32,000 bases of DNA from Megasphaera elsdenii DSM 20460 (lineage in GTDB: Bacteria > Bacillota > Negativicutes > Veillonellales > Megasphaeraceae). The stretch is from the NCBI RefSeq assembly GCF_003010495.1, contig NZ_CP027570.1, positions 1,860,001 to 1,892,000 of the forward strand. The letters run 5' to 3'. Numbering within the stretch: position 1 is the first letter of the stretch; the number at the start of each line of letters is the position of its first letter. Position numbers and translations under genes: made by a program. Shown in pieces: positions 17,901-25,873 of this stretch. A model generated the notes under the pieces. The model saw nothing but the letters and a program-made list of their open reading frames with translations, ran no database searches and was not told where the DNA came from.

Positions 17901-18473
17901 GTCAACGTTCTCGTCCTCGATACTGAAGTTTACTCCAACACTGGCGGTCAGTCCTCTAAAGCTACCCCGACTGCAGCAATCGCTCAGTTCGCTGCTGCCG
18001 GCAAACGCACGAAGAAGAAGGACCTCGGCATGATGGCTATTTCCTACGGCTATGTATATGTAGCTCAGGTAGCTATGGGTGCTGATAAGAACCAGCTCAT
18101 GAAAGCTATGACGGAAGCTGAAGCTTACCATGGCCCGTCCCTGGTTATCTGCTACGCTCCTTGCATTAACCACGGCATCCGTAAAGGCATGGGCAAGAGC
18201 CAGCTCGAAGAAAAACTCGCTGTCGAATGCGGTTACTGGGATCTCTTCCGTTACAACCCGGATCTCAAAGCTCAGGGCAAGAATCCGTTCAGCCTCGACT
18301 CCAAAGAACCGGATTACAGCAAATTCCAGGAATTCTTACAGGGTGAAGTTCGTTATGCTTCCCTTAAGAAAGGCTTCCCGGAAGAAGCAGACGCTCTCTA
18401 TGCTAAGACAGAAGCAGACGCTAAAGCTCGTCGCGAATCCTATGTACGTTTACAGAAGGGTTTTGAAGACTAA
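14958..18473 (+). CDS. nifJ: Pyruvate:ferredoxin (flavodoxin) oxidoreductase
   Basis: The N-terminus is [33 protein letters not shown]. There are two 4Fe-4S motifs ([12 protein letters not shown] and [12 protein letters not shown]) and a TPP-binding [13 protein letters not shown] motif. The 1171-aa length fits a single-chain PFOR. The track ORF starts 243 nt too early. Confidence 0.97.
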   Translation: [1171 protein letters not shown]

Positions 18474-18507
18474 TTTGATTGCACTCGCTGCATGAGAATA
18501 GAAGAAA

Positions 18508-18550
18508 GGCCCCGCATGAAGGTTTCGACCCTCATGCGGGGTCTTTTTTT
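18508..18550 (+). terminator. Rho-independent terminator after PFOR
   Basis: CCCCGCATGA...TCATGCGGGG is followed by TCTTTTTTT. Confidence 0.85.
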
Positions 18551-18551
18551 A

Positions 18552-18580
18552 TTGCCATCCCTTATCAATGGGTATATAAT
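18552..18580 (+). promoter_or_regulatory. Putative promoter of the EamA-fusion gene
   Basis: TTGCCA (18552-18557), a 17-nt spacer, and TATAAT (18575-18580), 43 nt before the ATG at 18623. Confidence 0.45.
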
Positions 18581-18622
18581 AAAGCGTGTTTTTAAGAACC
18601 ACTTAGAAAGGGGTCTTTCTGT

Positions 18623-20245
18623 ATGTCATCTAAATTGGGTACGTTATGTATTGTCCTAACGGCCATAGCCTTTGGTACGATGGAAATCTCCTTGAAGATT
18701 GCCGGGACGGCGTTCACGCCTTTCCAGCTGACCTTTCTCAGGTTCCTCGTCGGCGGGCTGTTGCTCATGCCGCTGGCTATCCGCGATGTGAAGAAGCGCA
18801 GCATCCACCTCGATCGTTCCGATTGGGGGTATTTGGCTGTCCTCGGGCTGATCAACATCTGTTTCAGCATGATCTTCTTCCAGATCGGGGTCAACATGGC
18901 CAATGCCGGCCTGGCAGCCATTGTCTTCTCCAGTAATCCGATTTTTGTCATGATTTTCTCGTATTTCATTATTCACGAAGCCTTTACCCGCAAGAAGGCC
19001 ATTACCCTGGTCTTGAGCCTTATCGGCCTGGTCATCGTCGCTAATCCCATGGCTATTATCCGCAGCGGCAATATCGGCTTGCTCGTATCACTGGCAGCTG
19101 CCGTTTCCTTTGCCCTTTACACGACGCTGGGGAAACTGCGTATTGAAAAACTGGGCGGCAATGTAGAAAATGCCTTCAGCTTTCTTATCGGCTGCGTCTT
19201 TCTGCTTTTCCTCCTCTTGTTCCACGGCGATCCCATTGTGGCCGGTATTGATTCTCATACCGTGTGGTCCCTTATTTACTGTTCCTTAGTCGTCACGGGC
19301 TTCGGCTATCTGTGTTTCATGAAGGCCGTCGAACTGACAGGTCCGTCCAATGCGTCCTTTGCCTTCTTCATTAAGCCGATTATCGCCTTGATCTTGTCGG
19401 CCATCATCTTGTCGGAACCGATTACGGTCAATGCCGTCGTCGGCTTGGCGCTGATCCTTCTGGGCTGCACCATGGCAGGGCCGATTGAACACTTGCTCTT
19501 CCGCCACCATGCTATCGGCGAAATCGAAGGCCGCGAAAACCATCCGGCTTGGATCAAGGAAGATACAGAAAGCCCCTTGGTCATTACGATTTCCCGTGAA
19601 TACGGCAGCGGCGGCCGCAATATTGGCAAGCTCGTCGCCCGTCAGCTCGGTATCCCGTATTACGATACGGAAATCCTCAATTTGACCCGCAAAGAGCATC
19701 CTCAGACCTTCGCTGCTTGGTGCAAAGACCGCAAGCGTCTCCTCGGGCCCTTGCTGACCAAGGTCTATGATGATTACATCCACTATGCATCGGGCTATGA
19801 ATCGAAGCAGCAGGAAATGTTCCGCGATGAAGCGGAAGTCATCCAGGGCCTGACGGCTGGGAAATCCTGCGTCATCGTTGGCCGCCTGGCCAACTACATC
19901 CTGCGCAAACGGCCGAATACGTTCAACGTCTTCATTTCGTCCGACCCGGACTGGGCCATCCAGCGCATCATGCTCCGGGAACACGTCGATGCCGACAAGG
20001 CGCGGAAAATCCGCAACCACGTCAATCACGAACGGCGCGACCACTGCATGTACTGCACCGACTCCTATTGGGGCTATGGCGCCAACTACGACTTGAGCCT
20101 CAAGTCCAGTGACTACGGCGTCGTCAAGACCGCCGACCTCATCTTGCAGGCCGCTCAGCACCGCCTGACCATCTCCAAAGAGGACATCAACCCCGCAGCC
20201 GACCACAACGCCATCTCCACACCGGCGGCAGCGGCCGAATCGTGA
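18623..20245 (+). CDS. Fusion protein: N-terminal EamA/DMT-family transporter (~290 aa) plus a C-terminal cytidylate-kinase-like (Cytidylate_kin2-type) domain
   Basis: The N-terminal half has ~10 hydrophobic helices with EamA-like sequence (FTPFQLTFLRFLVGGLLLMP, NAGLAAIVFSSNPIFVMIFSYFIIHE). After a ~30-aa linker comes PLVITISREYGSGGRNIGKLVARQLGIPYYDTEIL, typical of the cytidylate kinase-like family. It is one uninterrupted 540-codon frame. Confidence 0.8.
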   Translation: MSSKLGTLCIVLTAIAFGTMEISLKIAGTAFTPFQLTFLRFLVGGLLLMPLAIRDVKKRSIHLDRSDWGYLAVLGLINICFSMIFFQIGVNMANAGLAAIVFSSNPIFVMIFSYFIIHEAFTRKKAITLVLSLIGLVIVANPMAIIRSGNIGLLVSLAAAVSFALYTTLGKLRIEKLGGNVENAFSFLIGCVFLLFLLLFHGDPIVAGIDSHTVWSLIYCSLVVTGFGYLCFMKAVELTGPSNASFAFFIKPIIALILSAIILSEPITVNAVVGLALILLGCTMAGPIEHLLFRHHAIGEIEGRENHPAWIKEDTESPLVITISREYGSGGRNIGKLVARQLGIPYYDTEILNLTRKEHPQTFAAWCKDRKRLLGPLLTKVYDDYIHYASGYESKQQEMFRDEAEVIQGLTAGKSCVIVGRLANYILRKRPNTFNVFISSDPDWAIQRIMLREHVDADKARKIRNHVNHERRDHCMYCTDSYWGYGANYDLSLKSSDYGVVKTADLILQAAQHRLTISKEDINPAADHNAISTPAAAAES

Positions 20246-20250
20246 GTTTG

Positions 20251-20394
20251 TAGTAGGGGCTGTCGCACGAAGGTTTTTTCCATCATGCATGGCCCTTTTC
20301 TTAAATGCTTGAGGTTTGATGTATGATGTTTGAGGCAATGACTTTTAAAGTTTGTCCCATCCACATCAAACATCAAACTTCAAACTCCAAAAAG
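20251..20394 (+). repeat. Composite palindromic intergenic element, copy B (MITE/REP-like)
   Basis: TAGTAGGGGCTGTCGCACGAAGG...ATCATGCATGGCCCTTTT is followed by 25-nt arms: GAGGTTTGATGTATGATGTTTGAGG (20311-20335) and CATCAAACATCAAACTTCAAACTCC (20364-20388). By hand alignment, 20 of 25 positions are complementary. Confidence 0.8.
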
Positions 20395-20423
20395 CGCTGT
20401 CTTTATACGACAGCGCTTTTTTT
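20393..20423 (+). terminator. Rho-independent terminator after the EamA-fusion gene (A-run upstream, possibly bidirectional)
   Basis: AGCGCTGTC-tttatac-GACAGCGCT is followed by a T-run. Confidence 0.85.
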
Positions 20424-20576
20424 ATACTTCAAATTTAAACAAATCTTAAATTTTCTCAAAATTAACAAATAATGGCAAGGAGCGATAGATTTAGTCTTTA
20501 TTTTGAGAATAGAAAGTGATAAAATAAGAGATGACTTATTGATAGTGATTATTCCTGAGAATGTGTTGTGATAGCT

Positions 20577-22553
20577 ATGGAGAAACGATGGCAATTCGGC
20601 CGTCCGGACAGCGGGCTCATACAGGCTTTGACCGAACAATTACATATCTCTCCGGTCTTAGCACAGGTACTGGCCAATCGCGGCATTGCCGATGCCGGCG
20701 AAGCCAGTCATTTTCTTCATGATACCCTGGCCGATATGGCTGACCCTTTTTTGATGAAGGGCATGGACGCGGCCGTGCAGCGGCTGGAACAGGCCATAAC
20801 CGAAAACCAGCGCATCGTCATCTATGGGGACTATGACGTCGACGGCATTACGTCGACGTCTCTTGTTTATTCCGTCCTCCGCGACCTGGGTGCGTCGCCG
20901 CAGTTCTATATCCCTGAGAGGGAGAGCGAAGGCTACGGCCTTAACGAAGGGGCCTTGGACCAGCTGAGCCGGCAGGCGGATCTGCTCATCACCGTCGACT
21001 GCGGCATTTCGTCATACGACCTGGTCCGGCAGTTCTCACCGGTCCTGGATATGATTATTACGGATCATCACGAGCCGCCGGACCTGATTCCGCCGGCCCT
21101 GGCCGTCCTCAATCCCAAGCAGGACGGCTGCCCTTATCCCTTCAAGGAGCTGGCCGGAGCCGGCGTGGCCTACGTCCTCTGCCGGGCCTTGTGGCAGCAT
21201 CACTGCCAGGAGGACCTGCCGGGCTATGCTGACCTGGCCGCCTTGGGGACCATTGCCGATCTGGTCCCGCTGACCGGGGAGAACCGCATCCTCGTCCGCC
21301 ATGGCCTGACGGCTATGAAAGAAGGGAAGCGGATAGGCATCAAAGCTCTCCTCGACGCGTCGAATCTGAGCGGCAGGGACATCACGGCCGGCCGCATCGC
21401 CTTTACGGCAGCGCCGCGTCTCAATGCGGCTGGCCGTATCAGCCATGCCACGAAAGGCGTCGAACTGCTCCTGGAGACCGATGCGGCTAAGGCTGCGGCC
21501 GATGCGGCCGAACTGAGCCATCTCAACACAGAGCGCCAGGACATCGAGCACACCATTGCCCAGGAAGCCATCGCTCAGATCGAAGGGCAGGGGAGGGGAC
21601 GCGACGGCGTCCTCATCGCCTATCACCAGGGCTGGCACGTCGGCGTCATCGGCATTGCCGCATCGCGCCTGGTGGAAACGTACTACCGGCCATCCCTGGT
21701 CATCACCGTCCGCGACGGCATCGGCAAGGGCTCGTGCCGCAGCATCAGCGGTTTCAATATGTACGAAGCCCTGCAGTATGCCCAGGACCTGCTCATCCAG
21801 TTCGGCGGCCACACCATGGCAGCAGGCTTTTCCGTCAAGGCCGAGAATATCGAGGCCCTGCGCCAGCGCCTGCTCGATTATGCCGCAGCCCACATGACGG
21901 CGGCTGATTACATCCCCTTGGTCCACATCGACAAGGAACTGGAACCGGCGGAGGTGACGCTGGACCTCATTGCCGAACTGGCCCGCCTGGAACCGTATGG
22001 CATGGGCAACAGCCGGCCCGTCTTTTCCCTGACCGGGGCGGTGGTAGAAGAAATCCGGCCCATCGGCCGGGAAAAGCAGCACGTCCGCCTCGTCGCCCGC
22101 GGAGCCGACAGGACGCGCCTTTCCGGCGTGGCCTGGTCCCAGGCCGGCCTGTGTGACGCCATCGTCGAAGGCGATGTCATCGACGTGGCCTTCCAGCTCG
22201 AACGGAACGACTTCAATGGCCTGTCGTCGCCGCAGCTGGTCATCCAGGACGTCCACCTGCCCCATCGCCATATCGTCCTCAATCGGGCGGTCATGGTCGA
22301 TATCTACATGGCCCTCAAGAAGTGCATCCCCGACTGGGGCATGCCGGTCTGGCAGGTCCGCCGCCGTCTGGCTGCGGCCCAGGGGGACTGCTACGACGTC
22401 CACACCATTTATGCTGCCATCGTCGTCCTGCGGGAAATCGGCGTCCTCAAAGTGCGCCATGATGACGACGGCCCAGCTTATTATTTTCCTATCCTTGCGG
22501 GGAAAATGGATCTCCATGCGTCGCCGACGTATGAATTGTACTGCAAGGAGTAA
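20577..22553 (+). CDS. recJ: Single-stranded-DNA-specific exonuclease RecJ
   Basis: DHH motifs are present (IVIYGDYDVDGITSTS, ITVDCG, MIITDHHEP), along with DHHA1 region sequence (GGHTMAAGF). The start may be the ATG at 20577 or the GTG at 20568; the SD is weak for both. Confidence 0.94.
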   Translation: MEKRWQFGRPDSGLIQALTEQLHISPVLAQVLANRGIADAGEASHFLHDTLADMADPFLMKGMDAAVQRLEQAITENQRIVIYGDYDVDGITSTSLVYSVLRDLGASPQFYIPERESEGYGLNEGALDQLSRQADLLITVDCGISSYDLVRQFSPVLDMIITDHHEPPDLIPPALAVLNPKQDGCPYPFKELAGAGVAYVLCRALWQHHCQEDLPGYADLAALGTIADLVPLTGENRILVRHGLTAMKEGKRIGIKALLDASNLSGRDITAGRIAFTAAPRLNAAGRISHATKGVELLLETDAAKAAADAAELSHLNTERQDIEHTIAQEAIAQIEGQGRGRDGVLIAYHQGWHVGVIGIAASRLVETYYRPSLVITVRDGIGKGSCRSISGFNMYEALQYAQDLLIQFGGHTMAAGFSVKAENIEALRQRLLDYAAAHMTAADYIPLVHIDKELEPAEVTLDLIAELARLEPYGMGNSRPVFSLTGAVVEEIRPIGREKQHVRLVARGADRTRLSGVAWSQAGLCDAIVEGDVIDVAFQLERNDFNGLSSPQLVIQDVHLPHRHIVLNRAVMVDIYMALKKCIPDWGMPVWQVRRRLAAAQGDCYDVHTIYAAIVVLREIGVLKVRHDDDGPAYYFPILAGKMDLHASPTYELYCKE

Positions 22554-22568
22554 GGAGGTCTTCATATT

Positions 22569-24773
22569 ATGGAATTTAAAGATAAAGATGTCGAATTTAA
22601 ACACCTCATCGATACGATACATTCGTATTTGCCTAAGGCCAAATGCGATGATGTGACCAAAGCCTACCAGCTGGCCGAAGAGGCCCATAAGGACCAGCGC
22701 CGCGTCAGCGGGGAGCCGTATATCCTGCATCCCCTGGCGGTGGCACAGATACTGGCAGATATGAAAATAGACACGACGACCATTACGGCGTCGCTCCTCC
22801 ACGATGTCGTCGAAGATACGTCGTATACCCTGGACGACCTCAAGAAGATGTTCGGCAAGGAAGTGGCCTTCCTCGTCGACGGCGTCACCAAATTGAGCCG
22901 TCTCAATTACCGTACCAAAGAAGATCAGCAGCTCAACAGCATGCGCAAGATGTTCCTGGCCATGGCCAAGGACGTGCGCGTCGTCGTCATCAAGCTCGCC
23001 GACCGCCTGCACAACATGCGGACCCTGCGCTACATGCGCAGCGACAAGCAGAAGCGCATCGCCCAGGAAACGCTGGAAATCTTTGCGCCCCTGGCCCACC
23101 GCTTGGGGATCTTCAATATCAAATGGGAACTGGAAGATCTGTCCTTCCGCTATCTCGAACCGGATAAATACTATGACCTCGTCGACCAGATGAAGCAGAA
23201 GCGCCACGTCCGCGAAGAAATCGTCAACGAAGCCATCGACGTCCTCAAGAAGGCCCTCGACGAAGCCCATATCCATTGCGAAATCAACGGCCGGCCCAAG
23301 CATTTTTACAGCATTTATAAGAAGATGAAGAAAGATAACCGCGACTTGAGCCAGGTCTATGACCTTTTCGCCATCCGCGTCATCGTCGACGACGTCAAGG
23401 ACTGTTACGGCGTCCTGGGCATCGTCCACAGCCTGTGGAAGCCCTTGCCGTACCGCTTCAAGGACTACATCGCCATGCCCAAGCCCAATAACTATCAGTC
23501 CCTGCACACGACGGTCATCGGGACGCGGGGGCAGCCCGTCGAGATCCAGATCCGCACCTGGGAAATGCACCGCATCGCCGAATACGGCGTCGCCGCCCAC
23601 TGGCGGTATAAAGAAGGCAACCAGACGGCCAATAAGGACGCTTTCGATGAAAAGATGGGCTGGCTGCGCAACCTCCTGGAATGGCAGGATACGAGCAATC
23701 CCAAGGAATTTGTCAATGCCCTCAAGCTCGATGCTTTTTCCGACGAAGTCTTCGTTTTTTCGCCGCGGGGCGATGTCATCGACCTGCCCCAGGGGGCTAT
23801 TCCCATCGACTTCGCCTACCGCATCCATACCGACGTCGGCCACCGCTGCGTCGGCGCCAAGATCAACGGCAAGATCGTCCCCTTGGATTATAAATTGAAG
23901 AACGGCGACATCGTCGAAATCATTACGTCCAAAGTGGGCAAGCCCAGCCTGGACTGGCTGAACATCGTCGGCAGCTCCGAAAGCCGCTCGAAGATCCGCA
24001 GCTGGTTCAAGAAGGAAAACCGCGAAGAAAACATCGCCAAAGGCCTGGATGCGCTGGAACGGGAATGTAAGCGCCTGGGCCATGACTGGAAAGCCCTCAA
24101 CGTCGGCGGCCGCCTGGGCCGCGTGGCCAAGCAGATGAATGCCGGCTCCGAAGACGACCTGGTCGCCGCTGTCGGTTACGGCGGCTTTGCCGTCAATACG
24201 GTCCTCATCAAGCTCCTGGAACTGCACAAGAAAGACCTGCAGAAGCAGGAAGAAAAGACCAACAGCCTGGCAGCCCTGGAAAAACTCAAGACCAAGAAGC
24301 CTGTCAAGCACAACGGCACGGGCATCCTGGTCAAAGGCGAACCGGGCCTCTTGGTCCGCCTGGCCAAGTGCTGCAGTCCTGTACCGGGCGACCCCATCAT
24401 CGGCTTCATCACCCGCGGCCGCGGCGTCTCCGTCCATCGCGCCGACTGCCCGAATGTCACCCACGGCCAGAATGACGTAGACCGCCTCATCGACGTCGAA
24501 TGGGATTACGACGGCAACGAACGCTTTGAAGTGAACATGGAAATCGTCGCCTACGACCGCACGGGCATCATGGCCGAAATCATGGCCACCCTGGCGGAAA
24601 TGAAGATTTCCATCCTCAGCGTCAACGCCAAGACCAGCGATACCAAGAACGTCACCATCCACATGGGCATCAGCATCAAGGACCTGGCCCAGTTCGAATT
24701 TGTCGCCACCAAGATACGCCGCCTGAAGGATGTCTATGCCGTCGAACGCTATACGGGAGGGAGCCAGGCATGA
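22569..24773 (+). CDS. rel: Bifunctional (p)ppGpp synthetase/hydrolase (RelA/SpoT family)
   Basis: The HD domain reads HPLAVAQILADMKIDTTTITASLLHDVVEDT. The synthetase region carries YQSLHTTVIG, and TGS and C-terminal ACT-like regions are present. An AAGGAGG SD precedes the start. Confidence 0.96.
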   Translation: MEFKDKDVEFKHLIDTIHSYLPKAKCDDVTKAYQLAEEAHKDQRRVSGEPYILHPLAVAQILADMKIDTTTITASLLHDVVEDTSYTLDDLKKMFGKEVAFLVDGVTKLSRLNYRTKEDQQLNSMRKMFLAMAKDVRVVVIKLADRLHNMRTLRYMRSDKQKRIAQETLEIFAPLAHRLGIFNIKWELEDLSFRYLEPDKYYDLVDQMKQKRHVREEIVNEAIDVLKKALDEAHIHCEINGRPKHFYSIYKKMKKDNRDLSQVYDLFAIRVIVDDVKDCYGVLGIVHSLWKPLPYRFKDYIAMPKPNNYQSLHTTVIGTRGQPVEIQIRTWEMHRIAEYGVAAHWRYKEGNQTANKDAFDEKMGWLRNLLEWQDTSNPKEFVNALKLDAFSDEVFVFSPRGDVIDLPQGAIPIDFAYRIHTDVGHRCVGAKINGKIVPLDYKLKNGDIVEIITSKVGKPSLDWLNIVGSSESRSKIRSWFKKENREENIAKGLDALERECKRLGHDWKALNVGGRLGRVAKQMNAGSEDDLVAAVGYGGFAVNTVLIKLLELHKKDLQKQEEKTNSLAALEKLKTKKPVKHNGTGILVKGEPGLLVRLAKCCSPVPGDPIIGFITRGRGVSVHRADCPNVTHGQNDVDRLIDVEWDYDGNERFEVNMEIVAYDRTGIMAEIMATLAEMKISILSVNAKTSDTKNVTIHMGISIKDLAQFEFVATKIRRLKDVYAVERYTGGSQA

Positions 24774-25219
24774 GAGCTGTCGTACAAAAGACCTTGAAGT
24801 CCTCTGTGACGTCGGACGGCGTCTTGGCAGGGCAGGCCGGCAGCGGCCTGACGGTCCTCCTGGGCGTGTCCGTCAAGGATACAGACGATGACGTCCGCTA
24901 CCTGGCCGATAAGATCGTCCACTTGCGGATCTTTGAAGATGACCAGGGGAAACTCAATCACTCCCTCCTCGATGAAGGCGGGGAGATGCTGGTCATTTCG
25001 CAATTCACCTTGTACGGCGATGCCCGCCACGGCCGCCGTCCCAGTTATATCGAAGCGGCCAGGCCTGAACAGGCTGAAGCCCTGTACAATCAGTTCGTCG
25101 ACGCTGTCCGCGCCTTCGGGGTACCCGTGGCGACAGGCCGTTTCCGGACCCACATGGTCGTATCCCTGGAGAACGACGGGCCCGTGACCATCCTCTTGGA
25201 CAGCCAGAAAACCTTTTAA
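24770..25219 (+). CDS. dtd: D-aminoacyl-tRNA deacylase
   Basis: It is 149 aa with SQFTLYGD and NDGPVT motifs. It shares an ATGA overlap with the rel stop. The rel-dtd arrangement is conserved in Firmicutes. Confidence 0.95.
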   Translation: MRAVVQKTLKSSVTSDGVLAGQAGSGLTVLLGVSVKDTDDDVRYLADKIVHLRIFEDDQGKLNHSLLDEGGEMLVISQFTLYGDARHGRRPSYIEAARPEQAEALYNQFVDAVRAFGVPVATGRFRTHMVVSLENDGPVTILLDSQKTF

Positions 25220-25234
25220 GGGGGAAATGTGTAT

Positions 25235-25870
25235 ATGAGCATGAAATATATCAATATGGAACTCGGTCCTATCATGACCAATTGTTATATCGTCTACGAT
25301 ACGGATACGAAAGACGCCATGGTCGTCGACCCGGCCTGGGACTATCCGGCCATCGACAAGGCCCTGACCAGCCATGGCCTGACGCTGCGGTTCATCTTCC
25401 TGACTCACGGCCATGCCGACCATATCGGCGCCCTGCAGGAACTGCGCCAGCGCAAGAATGTACCGGTCTACGTCGGCGCCGGCGATGCCGACCTCATTTC
25501 CAATTCGCACAACAACCTGTCCCTGTTCATGGGCCAGGCCATCGAATGTACGTCGGCCGACCACCTGGTCAAGGACGGCGATGAACTGACCCTGGGGAAC
25601 CTGCACTTCACGGTCCTGGAAACGCCGGGCCACACGCCGGGCGGCCTCAGCCTGTACGGCGAAGGCGTCGTCTTTTCCGGCGACACACTGTTCCGCTATT
25701 CCGTCGGCCGTACTGACCTCTACGGCGGTTCGTCGAAGACCTTGCTCCACAGCCTGGAAACGAAGCTCATGACCTTGCCCGACAATACGCTGGTCCTGCC
25801 CGGCCATGGCCCGGCCACGTCCATCGGTGACGAACGGCGGGGCAATCCCTTCCTGGACGGAGGCTGGTAA
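25235..25870 (+). CDS. MBL-fold metallo-hydrolase (glyoxalase II-like)
   Basis: LTHGHADHIGA (the HxHxDH motif), TPGHTPGG and LPGHGP are present. The start is ambiguous among 25229 (GTG), 25235 and 25241 (ATG). Confidence 0.85.
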   Translation: MSMKYINMELGPIMTNCYIVYDTDTKDAMVVDPAWDYPAIDKALTSHGLTLRFIFLTHGHADHIGALQELRQRKNVPVYVGAGDADLISNSHNNLSLFMGQAIECTSADHLVKDGDELTLGNLHFTVLETPGHTPGGLSLYGEGVVFSGDTLFRYSVGRTDLYGGSSKTLLHSLETKLMTLPDNTLVLPGHGPATSIGDERRGNPFLDGGW

Positions 25871-25873
25871 ACC

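Noticed and set aside
15177-18173. A 998-aa minus-strand ORF opposite PFOR
   Set aside because: It is the same shadow-ORF phenomenon. The plus-strand frame carries unmistakable PFOR motifs, and the antisense product has no recognisable domain.
21036-24662. A 1208-aa ORF on the minus strand spanning recJ and rel
   Set aside because: It is codon-aligned antisense to two well-supported genes. The product is low-complexity (rich in D, A, G, V, F) with no motifs. The sense genes avoid TTA, CTA and TCA codons, which removes stop codons from the antisense frame, so this is a shadow ORF.
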